A DNA stretch of 45,791 nucleotides from Clostridiaceae bacterium. GTDB lineage: Bacteria > Bacillota > Clostridia > CAYPLH01 > DUMO01. The notes below the pieces were generated by a model, which searched no databases, was not told where the DNA came from, and saw nothing but the letters and a program-made list of their open reading frames with translations. Location of the stretch: NCBI GenBank assembly GCA_012839865.1, contig DUMO01000022.1, positions 1 to 45,791 on the forward strand, given 5' to 3'. Position numbers and translations under genes: made by a program. Below, one piece after another: positions 16,791 through 27,276 of the stretch (positions are counted from its first letter, which is position 1; each line of letters begins with the position of its first letter).

Positions 16791-19364
16791 ATGGCTGAAA
16801 GAATACCCAATAAGAAGATTGCTGCTGCAGTTGCTTTTATAATTTTAGTGGCTTTAATATTTTCTGCCATGCCTGCAAATGCCGTACAGGAAGACATCGT
16901 GTTGAATGTTGAAGCGGGCTTTAATAACAGGGCGCGTTACGGTTCATATGTTCCTTTCAGGATTACTGTGCAAAACAAAGGAAGAAGCATAGAAGGAGAA
17001 ATTCATGTAATTGTTGATACAACATATGACACCAGTGTTATATATGCATCTCCCATTGATTTGCCTGGGGGTGCTGTAAAGGAATTAACGATAAATGTAC
17101 CGGTTTATACGGCAAACAGGAATGTCAGGGTAAGCCTTGTCCAGGGAAGAAAAACCCTTGAAACTGTCAACTATGAATTCAGCAGTCTTATCTCCCCCAT
17201 AACTCCTGTGGTTGGGGTTTTATCCGATGATCCGGCTGTCTACACACAGTTGAAAGGCATAAGGCTGACTGAGGTAGTTGATGATAGAAGAATGGCTGAG
17301 ATTATGACAAAAATGGGCCCGGTTGTAACAAAAAGCAGCAGTATTATTACCCTGGAACAAACTGAAGCGGAATTGATACTGCTGAACAAAGGCAAGTTCC
17401 CCTCAGATGCGTACGGAATGAGCAACTTTGACTATATGGTGATCACAAATTTCGATACCTCAACACTGTCGGACAAGCAAATAAATGCTCTTCTGGACTG
17501 GGTGAGGGAAGGTAATATTCTTATACTTGCTGCAGGTTACCATGCATCCGGGGTTTATGCAGGTTTGAAGGATGTTCTTGACTTGCCGGACATTACCGGC
17601 ACGACTACAATCAATGAAGCGTGGGAGCTGGAGCAATCCGTTGGAATTGACCTTCCGGGTGACATATATATTTCGGAATTGTCAGCAAATGAGGAAGACA
17701 TTGTTATCGAGGAACAGGGAAAACCTCTGGTCATGGCTTTCATGTATGGCCGGGGAACGGTTTCGGTTCTGGCCTTTGACCCTTTTTCTGCGCATGTTGC
17801 AACGAATGGCAATTCAAAGCAACTCACTGAACATGTTTTTAAAAGTATACTGGCAAAATCAACTGCCGGCTTGGCAGAGAGCAACATCTCATATGCCATA
17901 AGGGAAAACATGTCAAATGTCAGGTATCTGGCTTCCCAGGTGCCTGAAACAAAAACACCGCCTTATCAGTTGATGCTGATAATTGTAGGAATATACATAC
18001 TGCTGGTGGGGCCGGTTCTTTATATAATTCTTAAGATAACGGACAAAAGGGATTTAAGCTGGGTGATTATACCTTCCATGGCGGTACTTTTTATGGGGAT
18101 TATTTATGTGGCAGGGTATAAAACCAGGTTTACCGAAAGCGTATTAAACAATATTTCGGTCATATACATTGACCCTGAGAGTGAAACAACCCGGATTGAG
18201 ACTGCCATGGCTGTTTTTGGAAATGAGCGCGGCAGATTGAAGATTGAATATGAGCGGGATGATGGCATAGATATTTTGCAGAGCAGCGAATTTTTGGACC
18301 ATGTCGGTTATTCCTACTACTCCTCCGTCGCTGCAAACCAGGTCAACAGCCTTGTGAAAGCCAAATATACAGATTCAGATCCTGTCATATATGAGCTCTA
18401 TGATTCACAGTTGTGGTCGCCGAACTACTTTCGAGCTTCCCGGCAGATAGAGGGTAAGGGAAGCATAATTGAATCCTTTTCTCTTGAAAACGGGATTTTG
18501 AATGTCAATTTGAACAATAAAACCGGGCTGGCTCTTAAGAATTCATTTTTACGTCTCGGCAATATTTTTATCGGTGTTGGGAATTTGCTGCCTGGTGATG
18601 CAAAATCCATACGAGTCGATACAAAAGCCAAGGCTTCGGATACTTTTAAGACTTTCATAACTAAATGGCTGGGTCCCGCCGGATTTACATCCGGGCAGCA
18701 AGTGACGCCTGAAATACGTGAAAATATCAGAAAGCAAGACATGATTAACAATATATTCGGGAAAATTCTCGAGGACGATTATACAGGAAGCGGGGAAATT
18801 TTGTTGTTATTTTTTGCATTTAACGACAGCGACCCTGGATACCGTTTAAAGGTCAATGACAAAGATCCCAGGGTTTACAACACAAATATTATTTATACCT
18901 GGAAGGCCATGGACATGTCGAAGGGTTCACGTGTTGAATATCCGATGGGAGTAATAAAACCGGTATATGAAAGCCTGGAAGACAAAAATATGGAGTACTA
19001 CGGGGATGAATACGGAACAATGGTAAGGGTATTGGAAGGCGGAAACTATGATTATGTCTTTTCATTGCCTGAAAAAATGAACCCGGACTGGATATCCGTC
19101 AAATGGCCTGAAGTGATAATAAATGATATCATAAACGAGCCGGTTCCAACTGTGAGAGCCAATATAAGGTACTATATTTACAACTTTGAAGAGATGAAGT
19201 GGGAGGAAACAGACAGAAGCTGTGATTTTACGGATGTTACCGGTTCAATGGTAAGCGGCAAAAATGTTGTCAGGGTACGCATAAGCATTGAGTTTATATC
19301 GGAAGTAACAAAGATGGTAAGATTCCGGGGACCTGAAATTGCGATAGGCGGGGTGGTTCAATAG
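16791..19364 (+). CDS. Large exported/membrane protein with a class I glutamine-amidotransferase-like domain and a central TM hairpin
   Basis: Signal peptide (IFSAMPANA|VQE); GATase-like segment FDYMVITNFDTSTLSDKQINALLDWVREGNILILAAG; TM pair IYILLVGPVLY...SWVIIP; GGAGG RBS before ATG 16791. Confidence 0.7.
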   Translation: MAERIPNKKIAAAVAFIILVALIFSAMPANAVQEDIVLNVEAGFNNRARYGSYVPFRITVQNKGRSIEGEIHVIVDTTYDTSVIYASPIDLPGGAVKELTINVPVYTANRNVRVSLVQGRKTLETVNYEFSSLISPITPVVGVLSDDPAVYTQLKGIRLTEVVDDRRMAEIMTKMGPVVTKSSSIITLEQTEAELILLNKGKFPSDAYGMSNFDYMVITNFDTSTLSDKQINALLDWVREGNILILAAGYHASGVYAGLKDVLDLPDITGTTTINEAWELEQSVGIDLPGDIYISELSANEEDIVIEEQGKPLVMAFMYGRGTVSVLAFDPFSAHVATNGNSKQLTEHVFKSILAKSTAGLAESNISYAIRENMSNVRYLASQVPETKTPPYQLMLIIVGIYILLVGPVLYIILKITDKRDLSWVIIPSMAVLFMGIIYVAGYKTRFTESVLNNISVIYIDPESETTRIETAMAVFGNERGRLKIEYERDDGIDILQSSEFLDHVGYSYYSSVAANQVNSLVKAKYTDSDPVIYELYDSQLWSPNYFRASRQIEGKGSIIESFSLENGILNVNLNNKTGLALKNSFLRLGNIFIGVGNLLPGDAKSIRVDTKAKASDTFKTFITKWLGPAGFTSGQQVTPEIRENIRKQDMINNIFGKILEDDYTGSGEILLLFFAFNDSDPGYRLKVNDKDPRVYNTNIIYTWKAMDMSKGSRVEYPMGVIKPVYESLEDKNMEYYGDEYGTMVRVLEGGNYDYVFSLPEKMNPDWISVKWPEVIINDIINEPVPTVRANIRYYIYNFEEMKWEETDRSCDFTDVTGSMVSGKNVVRVRISIEFISEVTKMVRFRGPEIAIGGVVQ

Positions 19365-20314
19365 TGGTTGTGGTAAGCAATCTGGTAAAGAAATATGGCA
19401 AGCTGCTTGCTGTAAACGATCTTTCGCTGGAAATAGAAAAAGGTCAGATATATGGATTTGTCGGAGCAAACGGAGCAGGGAAAACCACTACAATGAGGAT
19501 TATTTCCGGGCTGCTTCGGGCCACCTCCGGGAAAGTCCTGGTTAATGGAATTGACATAAGCAAGAACCCCCGCGCAGTAAAGAAAATGATAGGGTATATG
19601 CCGGATTTTTTTGGAGTGTATTCTGATTTGAAAGTATCTGAATACATGAATTTTTATTCGGGACTTTACGGAATACCGCCAAGGAACCGGAAAAAAATAA
19701 TTGATGACCTTTTGGAGCTTGTAAACCTGTCGGATAAAAGAGATGCATATGTAGATTCCCTGTCCAGGGGAATGAAGCAGAGGTTGTGTCTTGCAAGAAG
19801 CCTGATACATGATCCGGACCTTCTCATTCTAGATGAACCTGCATCAGGTCTTGACCCCAGGGCAAGGGTGGAGATGAAGGAGATTCTGAAGGAACTAAAG
19901 TCCATGGGAAGAACAATAATTATAAGTTCCCACATTCTGCATGAACTTTCTGAAATATGTACGGCAATAGGAATTATCGATAATGGAAAAATGGTTGTAA
20001 GCGGGCCTGTTGAGGAAATAATGGCAAAATTGTCCCATTCACGAAGGATAAAGGTGAAAGTATTAAAAGGAGGAGTCGAGCCTTTGGTGAAGTGTCTGCA
20101 GGAGGAACCTGAAATCGGGCGGATAACCACAGGCAATGACTATGTGGAGGCTGATTTTAACGGGAACGGTGAAAAGCTTGCAGGAATACTCAAAAACATA
20201 GTAATAAAGGGAGTGCCTGTAATTTCATTTACTGAAACCGGTGAGAATCTGGAATCAATTTTTATGCATGTTACAAGGGGGAACAGCCAGGATGCAGATA
20301 AATCCAATAATTGA
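19364..20314 (+). CDS. ABC transporter ATP-binding protein (ABC-2/CcmA type)
   Basis: GANGAGKTT, LSRGMKQ signature, LILDEPASGLDP, SSHILHE. Confidence 0.95.
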   Translation: MVVVSNLVKKYGKLLAVNDLSLEIEKGQIYGFVGANGAGKTTTMRIISGLLRATSGKVLVNGIDISKNPRAVKKMIGYMPDFFGVYSDLKVSEYMNFYSGLYGIPPRNRKKIIDDLLELVNLSDKRDAYVDSLSRGMKQRLCLARSLIHDPDLLILDEPASGLDPRARVEMKEILKELKSMGRTIIISSHILHELSEICTAIGIIDNGKMVVSGPVEEIMAKLSHSRRIKVKVLKGGVEPLVKCLQEEPEIGRITTGNDYVEADFNGNGEKLAGILKNIVIKGVPVISFTETGENLESIFMHVTRGNSQDADKSNN

Positions 20315-21137
20315 AAAAGATTTAAAAACAAAGATGCGGGGCTGGAAAGCTCCGACGCTGATAACTTTTTACCTTGGATTTTTGGGATTTCTGATCTGGG
20401 TTTTCTTCATAGACAACATTTATTCAGCCTATAACTATTTTGATCCAAGGTTAATGACAGATGTATTCAAAACAATAGCATCTTTTCAGTTCGGGCTTAT
20501 AGTCCTTATAACCCCTGTTCTAACTGCCACAGCCATATCAGGTGAGAAGGAGCGGCAAACCCTGGACCTTTTATTATGCACTGATTATTCCACGTTTAAA
20601 ATTGTTATCGGGAAAATAGTTGTATCCATTGCTCATGTTCTGCTTCTTATAACTGCGTCCCTGCCCATACTGAGCACGGTTTTTCTGTTTGGGGGCATTG
20701 GGATAATTGATATGCTCAGGCTTTTCGCCTTTTATCTTGTAACCGCCCTTTTGATTGCAAGCCTTGGGATGCTTTTTTCTACAATCTTCAGAAGAAGCCC
20801 GGTGTCAATAATTGTTACGTATATAATGGTTTTAGGTCTGTTGTATGGAACATTGATTCTGCACGGCCTGTATCTGATCCTTTATCAGAATTTTACCGGA
20901 CAGATGCCCCAGGCGCCGTTATATTGGGTTTTGTACACGAGTCCGGCATTTGGGTTTGCATCAGTTATAGGCACGGATGGAGGCGGTATAATAAGTGTGT
21001 TTTTAACCGGCACGGCTTATGGCAGGGTAGCTGCTTTCGGTCAAATAAGTCCCTGGATAATTAATACCGCTTTCAGTATCGTAGTATCAATACTTATCAT
21101 AATTTTCTGTGCATGGAAGATAAAGCCTGTGAAGTAG
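20292..21137 (+). CDS. ABC-2 type permease
   Basis: NPIIEKDLKTKMR start, AISGEKERQTLDLLL (the EAA-like GT(L/M)DLLL motif), about 6 TM segments; ATG at 20292. Confidence 0.88.
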   Translation: MQINPIIEKDLKTKMRGWKAPTLITFYLGFLGFLIWVFFIDNIYSAYNYFDPRLMTDVFKTIASFQFGLIVLITPVLTATAISGEKERQTLDLLLCTDYSTFKIVIGKIVVSIAHVLLLITASLPILSTVFLFGGIGIIDMLRLFAFYLVTALLIASLGMLFSTIFRRSPVSIIVTYIMVLGLLYGTLILHGLYLILYQNFTGQMPQAPLYWVLYTSPAFGFASVIGTDGGGIISVFLTGTAYGRVAAFGQISPWIINTAFSIVVSILIIIFCAWKIKPVK

Positions 21138-21345
21138 GACAGCACGGGGCTGGAAGAAGCCGGTTTGAGGGAGAAAGTACAGGCTTGAAGTAGAATTAAC
21201 CGGAAGAGAATGTGCAACAAAATATACAAAACTCATTTCAAAGGTGGTAAACGGTAAACTATAGCTGGCCAGGTCTCCAGGGAAGCCAACAGGGAAAGCA
21301 GTGAAAATTGGCTTAAATTTTGAGCCCAGGAAGGAATGAACCGGC

Positions 21346-23061
21346 ATGAGGGAATATGTCATGAAAGACTATAGCATCAATTCAATATACAAATCAGTTC
21401 GTCCCCTGAAAAACAGGATGCATGCTGAACGTGCCGCAAAAATTTTCATTTTGGCTCTGGCCGTAGCAAGTGCAGCATCAATGATCCTGTCTTTGGTTGC
21501 TCTTTTTTATCCGGTCCCCTTTCTTATCAATAAAATAGCCTGGATTTTTTCAGGGGCTTTTGCAATAGCCCTTGTTGCAGCCTTTTTCTCACGGCCAGGC
21601 AACCTTGTTGTGCTAAAAACAGCAGATGCCCTTGGGCTATGCGAAAGGCTTATTACCGCTTATGAGTTTAGGAACGAGAACTCCCCTATAGCCCTTATCC
21701 AGCGGAAAGATGCGCAATTGGAAGCGGAAAGGTTCAACTATAAAGAAATGTACAGAATAAGGTTCCCTGGAAAACCAGCCCTTATAGCAGGAGGGCTGTT
21801 GATTTTGACGATTGTGTTGTTTTCAATTCCCACAAGGTTCAGGGAGGAAGCCGTCAAAGCAGAAAATCTGGCAAGAGAAATAAAGAATCAGACTGAAAAG
21901 TTAAATGCAATAAAAGAAGAACTGAATGAAAGCTCAAAGCTATCCACAGAGGAGATTGATGAAATTAAAAAGAAAATTGAAGGGCTGCTGAAGGAATTGA
22001 AAAAGGCAGGAAGCGCGGAAGAAGCTTTAAAGGCTGTTTCAAGGTCACAAAATGAACTTGTTGAGCTGATGGAAAGGGAGCGGTTGGAAAGCAATCTTTC
22101 TAAGCTTTTTGAAAACATAGAGCCAATTGCAGAAGCTCTGGCATCGGAAGAGAAATTAAGCGGAAGTGACATAAATGAATTAAAGCAGAAGCTGAAGCAG
22201 CTTCTAAATCAAATAGCCAATTCGGGTAATGAAGAGAGACAGAAGCTTAGTGATGCTATTGCCGGCGCTGCTCAGAATATGAAGGGAAACCAGGCCCTCT
22301 CAAACATTCTGGAAGCTCTGGCCAAAGCGTTGGCGACAGGGAATTCCATGATGATGGACCAGCAGCTTTCGGAGCTTTTAAGTAGTCTTTCATCTGTGGA
22401 AGGCAGCCAGGGACAATTGGATGATGAGACCCTTGGCAAAATTGTTGATGCATTAAAAGAAGCACGGTTGCAGATTGCACAGCTATCCCGGGATGATACC
22501 CTGTATGGATCAGGCGGGCAGGGAGAAAAACAGGCTGGCAATAATGTAAATGGGTCAGTCAATCAGGGACAGTCCGGCAACCAGTCAAACCAGGGTGAAG
22601 GCAGGCAGGGCGGCCAGAACTCCGGTAATCAGGGGCAGGCAGGAAATCAAGGTCAACCGGGGAATCAGGCAAATTCAGGTGAGGGAGGTGCGCAAACCGG
22701 GCAAAGCTCCGGCAGCGCGGGAAATCAGAGCGGCAAAGGTGATGTGGGATACACAGGCAATGACCAGGAATCTTCAGGTAAACAGCCAGGTAATTCTCAA
22801 ATTGAAAAATACGAAAGCGTATTTGTTCCAACGCAGCTTGGGGGAGACGGAGACCCTTCCCTTGCAGGCGGGACAAAGCTTGATTCCGGACAAAGCTACT
22901 GGATTGGTTCAGAAGGCACTCCTGTTCCCAAGGGTTATATCATCCCTTATAACGAAGTGTTCAACGAATATAAGAGTGAGGCAATAAACCGGATTGACAG
23001 CGAGATTATACCACCTGTCATGAAGGATATTGTACGGGATTATTTTACTTCCCTTGAGTAA
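21346..23061 (+). CDS. Membrane-anchored coiled-coil protein with a G/Q/N/S-rich disordered segment
   Basis: N-terminal TMs, ERLITAYE motif, long heptad-rich region, low-complexity 22507-22800, C-terminal IPP..KDIVRDYF motif. Confidence 0.7.
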   Translation: MREYVMKDYSINSIYKSVRPLKNRMHAERAAKIFILALAVASAASMILSLVALFYPVPFLINKIAWIFSGAFAIALVAAFFSRPGNLVVLKTADALGLCERLITAYEFRNENSPIALIQRKDAQLEAERFNYKEMYRIRFPGKPALIAGGLLILTIVLFSIPTRFREEAVKAENLAREIKNQTEKLNAIKEELNESSKLSTEEIDEIKKKIEGLLKELKKAGSAEEALKAVSRSQNELVELMERERLESNLSKLFENIEPIAEALASEEKLSGSDINELKQKLKQLLNQIANSGNEERQKLSDAIAGAAQNMKGNQALSNILEALAKALATGNSMMMDQQLSELLSSLSSVEGSQGQLDDETLGKIVDALKEARLQIAQLSRDDTLYGSGGQGEKQAGNNVNGSVNQGQSGNQSNQGEGRQGGQNSGNQGQAGNQGQPGNQANSGEGGAQTGQSSGSAGNQSGKGDVGYTGNDQESSGKQPGNSQIEKYESVFVPTQLGGDGDPSLAGGTKLDSGQSYWIGSEGTPVPKGYIIPYNEVFNEYKSEAINRIDSEIIPPVMKDIVRDYFTSLE

Positions 23062-23129
23062 GCATAGAGAATGTATGAGCTTCAAAATGACAGCAAGATT
23101 AATATATATTACGGTATTACAAGAGCTTA

Positions 23130-23166
23130 GCCGAAAGCCCATGACTTTAGTCACTGGGATGAAGGC
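23130..23166. mobile_element. IS200/IS605-family subterminal hairpin remnant (no transposase)
   Basis: AAGCCCATGACTTTAGTCAcTGGGATG matches the AAGCCCA(C/T)GACTTTAGTC(G/A)TGGG-type end palindrome recalled for IS200/IS605 elements, with a 1-nt bulge. Confidence 0.6.
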
Positions 23167-23246
23167 TTATCTTGACTGGTTTTCGACTTTTAACAGCTGA
23201 CAGATTCTGTAGAATCGGTTTATACAATTTACCGGGAGGGGAAAAA

Positions 23247-24227
23247 ATGGACTTCAGCAATAATGAGATTGAGCATGTGATAAGTACGGTAAACAATATA
23301 GAAAAAGAAATAGCCAAGCATATGGTGGGACAGAAGGAACTTGTAAGGCAGGTTGTCATATGCATACTGGCCGGAGGGAATGCGCTTTTGGAAGGCGTTC
23401 CGGGGCTTGGAAAAACACGGCTTGTAAAAACAATCGGCAAGGTTTTGGGTCTGCAGTTTTCCAGAATTCAGTTCACCCCGGATTTGATGCCGGCTGACGT
23501 TGTTGGAACCAACATTATTACTAGAAGCATGGAAGCGGAGGGAATGTTCAGATTCCAGCCCGGTCCGGTTTTCAGCAATATTGTGCTGGCGGATGAAATA
23601 AACAGGGCCACTCCCAAGACCCAGAGCGCATTGCTGGAAGCAATGCAGGAACAGACGGTTACAGTTGGCAACAACACATATGAGCTGCCCCAGCCCTTTT
23701 TTGTATTGGCTACCCAGAATCCAATAGAAATGGAAGGGACATATCCTTTGCCCGAAGCCCAGATGGACAGATTTCTGTTTAAGCTTACAGTACCCTTCCC
23801 AACTATAGATGAATTAACACAAATTGTAACCCTGACCACCGGAAATAAAGAAGAGAGCCTCAATATAGTTTCCAACGGACAGGAAATCATATGGATGAGA
23901 AGTGTGGCCAGGGAAATTCCCATGGCAAAACCTGTGCTGGACTATAGTATGAAAATTATAATGGCAACTCATCCTGACAGCAAGTTTGCTCCGCCAATTG
24001 CCAAAAAGTACATTCGGTTCGGCTCAAGTCCAAGGGGGGCCCAGGCAATTGTCTCTGCTGCAAGGATACGGGCAATTCTTGAAGGACGATACAATGTTGC
24101 TTTTGATGACATAAAATACGTAGCGTACCCTGCCTTAAGGCACAGGTTCTTCCTGAATTTTGAAGGAGTTTCAGACGGTATTGCCACCGACCAGATAATC
24201 GGAGAAATACTGGATTTTGTGGAGTAA
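23247..24227 (+). CDS. moxR: MoxR family AAA+ ATPase
   Basis: LLEGVPGLGKT, RIQFTPDLMPAD, LADEINRATPKTQSALLEAMQE, ATQNPIEMEGTYPLPEAQMDRF, GSSPRG; GGAGGGG RBS before ATG 23247. Confidence 0.96.
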   Translation: MDFSNNEIEHVISTVNNIEKEIAKHMVGQKELVRQVVICILAGGNALLEGVPGLGKTRLVKTIGKVLGLQFSRIQFTPDLMPADVVGTNIITRSMEAEGMFRFQPGPVFSNIVLADEINRATPKTQSALLEAMQEQTVTVGNNTYELPQPFFVLATQNPIEMEGTYPLPEAQMDRFLFKLTVPFPTIDELTQIVTLTTGNKEESLNIVSNGQEIIWMRSVAREIPMAKPVLDYSMKIIMATHPDSKFAPPIAKKYIRFGSSPRGAQAIVSAARIRAILEGRYNVAFDDIKYVAYPALRHRFFLNFEGVSDGIATDQIIGEILDFVE

Positions 24228-24231
24228 TGTT

Positions 24232-25218
24232 ATGCAGGAAAATAAAGAATCCAAAATAAGAGAGTCTCAGGCAGAGTTAAATTTAAAAAACCTTCAGGCA
24301 AAGGAACCCAATATAAAATCCCCCCGGGTGGATGATAATGAAAAACTCTTTGACAACGAATTCCTAAAAAAAATTGAGAGGATTTCAATAAACTCCCGGA
24401 TTATTATACCTGACGGGGCAACGGGAAACCGGAAATCAAAAAGCAAGGGAAGCTCTGTTGAGTTTTCAGATTACCGGGAATACGCAGAAGCAGATGACTT
24501 TCGAAGAATTGACTGGAATGCCTATGGCAGGTTTGAAAGGCTTTTTATAAAACTTTTCATGGAAGAACGGGAAGCCATGGTGCACATTTTCCTTGATACC
24601 AGCAAGTCCATGGATTTTGGAAATCCCAAAAAAAGCTTTGCTTCAAGAAGACTTGCCGCTGCAATTGGTTATCTTTGCTTTGCTAACTACGACAGTGTTT
24701 CAGTTTATTGCATCAATGAAAACATAGATGCCATGAGGCTCAACCTGCGGGGGAAAAATAATTTTCCCGCATTCCTAAAGACTCTTGAAAGCGTCGAATA
24801 CAGGGGGGAGACCAACCTTTATTCCTCGGTTTTGCAGGCAAATATTCAGGACAGAAGAGGTATTTCAATAATAATATCCGATTTATTTTCAAATAATGCA
24901 CGGAGCAGGAATTCCGGGTATTTTGACGACATGCTGAAATATCTGAAATTTAAAAAACAGGATGTTTATGTGTGCCAGGTATTGTCGCCTGCGGAAATTG
25001 AACCGGACCTTGATGAGAACTGCAGGCTTGTGGATTCTGAAACTTCCGAATTTCTGGACGTTACCATTTCATCTTCTCTCATCAGGACCTATAAAGACGC
25101 TTTCAGGCGTTTCGTGGAGAGGATTGAAAATGATTGTTTCAAAAGGGGCGCAAGATACATGCTCATGAATACGTCTGTTCCGGTGGAACAGGCGGTTAAA
25201 ACCATGGCATCGGGTTGA
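24232..25218 (+). CDS. DUF58 (vWA-like) MoxR partner
   Basis: GSSVEFSDYREY...DDFRRIDWNAYGR...LFIKLF, MIDAS DTSKS, IIISDLF; GGAG RBS before ATG 24232. Confidence 0.93.
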   Translation: MQENKESKIRESQAELNLKNLQAKEPNIKSPRVDDNEKLFDNEFLKKIERISINSRIIIPDGATGNRKSKSKGSSVEFSDYREYAEADDFRRIDWNAYGRFERLFIKLFMEEREAMVHIFLDTSKSMDFGNPKKSFASRRLAAAIGYLCFANYDSVSVYCINENIDAMRLNLRGKNNFPAFLKTLESVEYRGETNLYSSVLQANIQDRRGISIIISDLFSNNARSRNSGYFDDMLKYLKFKKQDVYVCQVLSPAEIEPDLDENCRLVDSETSEFLDVTISSSLIRTYKDAFRRFVERIENDCFKRGARYMLMNTSVPVEQAVKTMASG

Positions 25219-25410
25219 GCCTTATATATATTCGAGATGCTTCTGTGGCGTGGGATACTCTCTGAGAAGGAAAAACATGGCATGAGATCAAGACCCGGGG
25301 AAATGATGGTTTCCGGTAATGTGCAGCATTTGGAATGGTTCTGTGCAGCGGGGTAATTGATTTATAAAAAAGGTTTAATTTATGAATATTCTTATGGCAA
25401 GGTGGATTGA

Positions 25411-27276
25411 ATGACTTTTTATAATCCGTGGGCATTTTCAGGGTTAATTACAATACCCTTACTGATTCTGCTTTATCTTCTGAAACAGAAGTATGAAGAA
25501 AGAACAGTGTCCAGCCTGTATCTTTGGCAGGAAGTGTTGATGGATATGGAAGCTGCTGCTCCCTGGCAAAGGCTCAGGAAAAATATACTTCTGATTTTGC
25601 AGATTATAGCCGTGGTTCTCATGACCCTTGCTTTGGCAAGACCTTTTTTCAATTTTTCCGGCAGCCCGGAAAATGTAATTATTGTGATAGACACATCCTT
25701 CAGCATGAAGGCGTCGGATAACAATCCAAACAGGATGGAGCAGGCAAAAAGAATGGCTGTGGCATACATTAACAGCCTTAGTCCCGACGCTTCGGTAACA
25801 CTGATTAACATGAACAGGGATGCGGTAATTGAAGAAAACCTCAGCAAGGATAAAAACAGGATAAGGGATAAGATAAACTCCTTTACTGCAACAAATTTCG
25901 CTGAAGACAAGGACTTTGCCGTAAGTATGATTCAATCAATTCTAAGGCAATATCCCGGGGCGAAGGTTGTGCAGTTTGGAGATGAAAAATTAGATGTACC
26001 CGGCAAGGATGTCATCTTTTTCAATGCATCCAATGCAGGAGAAAACCACGCTGTTGTCCTGGTATCCCACGCCCGGGTCAATGATGGCATCACAGCCCTG
26101 TGCAGAATTGCAAATTACAGTTCGGAGGATGCTTCCATACCTGTAAGCCTGTATGTGGACGGGAAGTTTTTTGATGCCAGGAAGGTTGATGTAAAGGCCT
26201 GGGGCACAGCCGATGTTTATTTTAGCAGGATTTCCTCTGATGCGGAAATTCTGGAGTGCAGGATAGATGAAAAGGACTCCCTGCTTGAGGACAACACTGC
26301 ATGGAATGTGGTGGATCCCATGAAGACTGCACGGGTTGTACTGGTTGCCGGCCAGAATATATTTATTGAAAAAGTGCTTTCGTTGATGAAGGGGATAGAG
26401 GTATACAGGACCAACAAAGAAGATGCAGGCAACTTAAAAGGTTATGACCTTTATATATACGACGGGTATCTGCCGGAGGCACTCCCGAAAGACGGAAACA
26501 TTATGGTTTTTAATCCTCCCGAAAACAGTTTTTTCAAGGTGGGGGATTCATACGAGTACCCGCAAATCAGTACTTCCCGGCATGAGTTGTTCAAGTACGC
26601 AAGTGATTATAGTTTTACAATCGGGCGGACGAAACTGCTGGAGGTCCCCGGCTGGGGTGAGCCGGTGCTGGAGGCTGATGAGGGAACTTGCATATTCGCA
26701 GGCACAAGGGACAAGACCCGCATGATTGTATTCGGGTTTGATATACATAATACCGACTTGCCTTTAAAAACCACATTTCCAATTTTGATGACCAATGCTA
26801 TTGAATGGCTGGTGCCATCGGCAATAAGCAACACATTAAATGTGTCTGCCGGACAGGCCTTAAGCTTCAACCTTGCACCCAAAACCACCGAGGTGAAGGT
26901 TGTTGCTCCTGACGGCACTTCCATGCAGATTGCACCTCCTTTTCCCGCTCCGGTTTTCAACAAAACGGACCAGGCAGGTATTTACACTCTGGTGCAGACA
27001 CTGCCTGAAGGACAAATCGAGGATTATTTTTGTGTAAACGTTCCGGCTGAGGCAGAGTCGGACCTTGGCTATAAAAATCCTGCTGGTGAAAGGGAAAGCC
27101 AGGAACCAGGGAAAACAGGGGAGGAGCTAATGTCAGGTGAAACAAATGGAGGTTACCTGCTTTCAGAACAGAAAGGGTCCAGGACTGAAAGGGGCTTCAA
27201 CCTGCAGTGGATTTTACTTTGGATTTTATTGGCGGTCATTACGATAGAATGGTGGGTTTATGCAAATGGCATTTAG
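25411..27276 (+). CDS. BatA-like N-terminal double-TM + vWA domain protein
   Basis: MTFYNPWAF...PLLILLYLL...VSSLYLW...LLILQ...LALARP (BatA/WFA N-terminus), MIDAS DTSFS, C-terminal TM ending IEWW. Confidence 0.88.
   Translation: MTFYNPWAFSGLITIPLLILLYLLKQKYEERTVSSLYLWQEVLMDMEAAAPWQRLRKNILLILQIIAVVLMTLALARPFFNFSGSPENVIIVIDTSFSMKASDNNPNRMEQAKRMAVAYINSLSPDASVTLINMNRDAVIEENLSKDKNRIRDKINSFTATNFAEDKDFAVSMIQSILRQYPGAKVVQFGDEKLDVPGKDVIFFNASNAGENHAVVLVSHARVNDGITALCRIANYSSEDASIPVSLYVDGKFFDARKVDVKAWGTADVYFSRISSDAEILECRIDEKDSLLEDNTAWNVVDPMKTARVVLVAGQNIFIEKVLSLMKGIEVYRTNKEDAGNLKGYDLYIYDGYLPEALPKDGNIMVFNPPENSFFKVGDSYEYPQISTSRHELFKYASDYSFTIGRTKLLEVPGWGEPVLEADEGTCIFAGTRDKTRMIVFGFDIHNTDLPLKTTFPILMTNAIEWLVPSAISNTLNVSAGQALSFNLAPKTTEVKVVAPDGTSMQIAPPFPAPVFNKTDQAGIYTLVQTLPEGQIEDYFCVNVPAEAESDLGYKNPAGERESQEPGKTGEELMSGETNGGYLLSEQKGSRTERGFNLQWILLWILLAVITIEWWVYANGI

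Noticed and set aside
22550..22987. Alternative-frame 145-aa ORF inside the coiled-coil gene
   Set aside because: A stop-poor frame caused by the G/Q/N low-complexity coding sequence.
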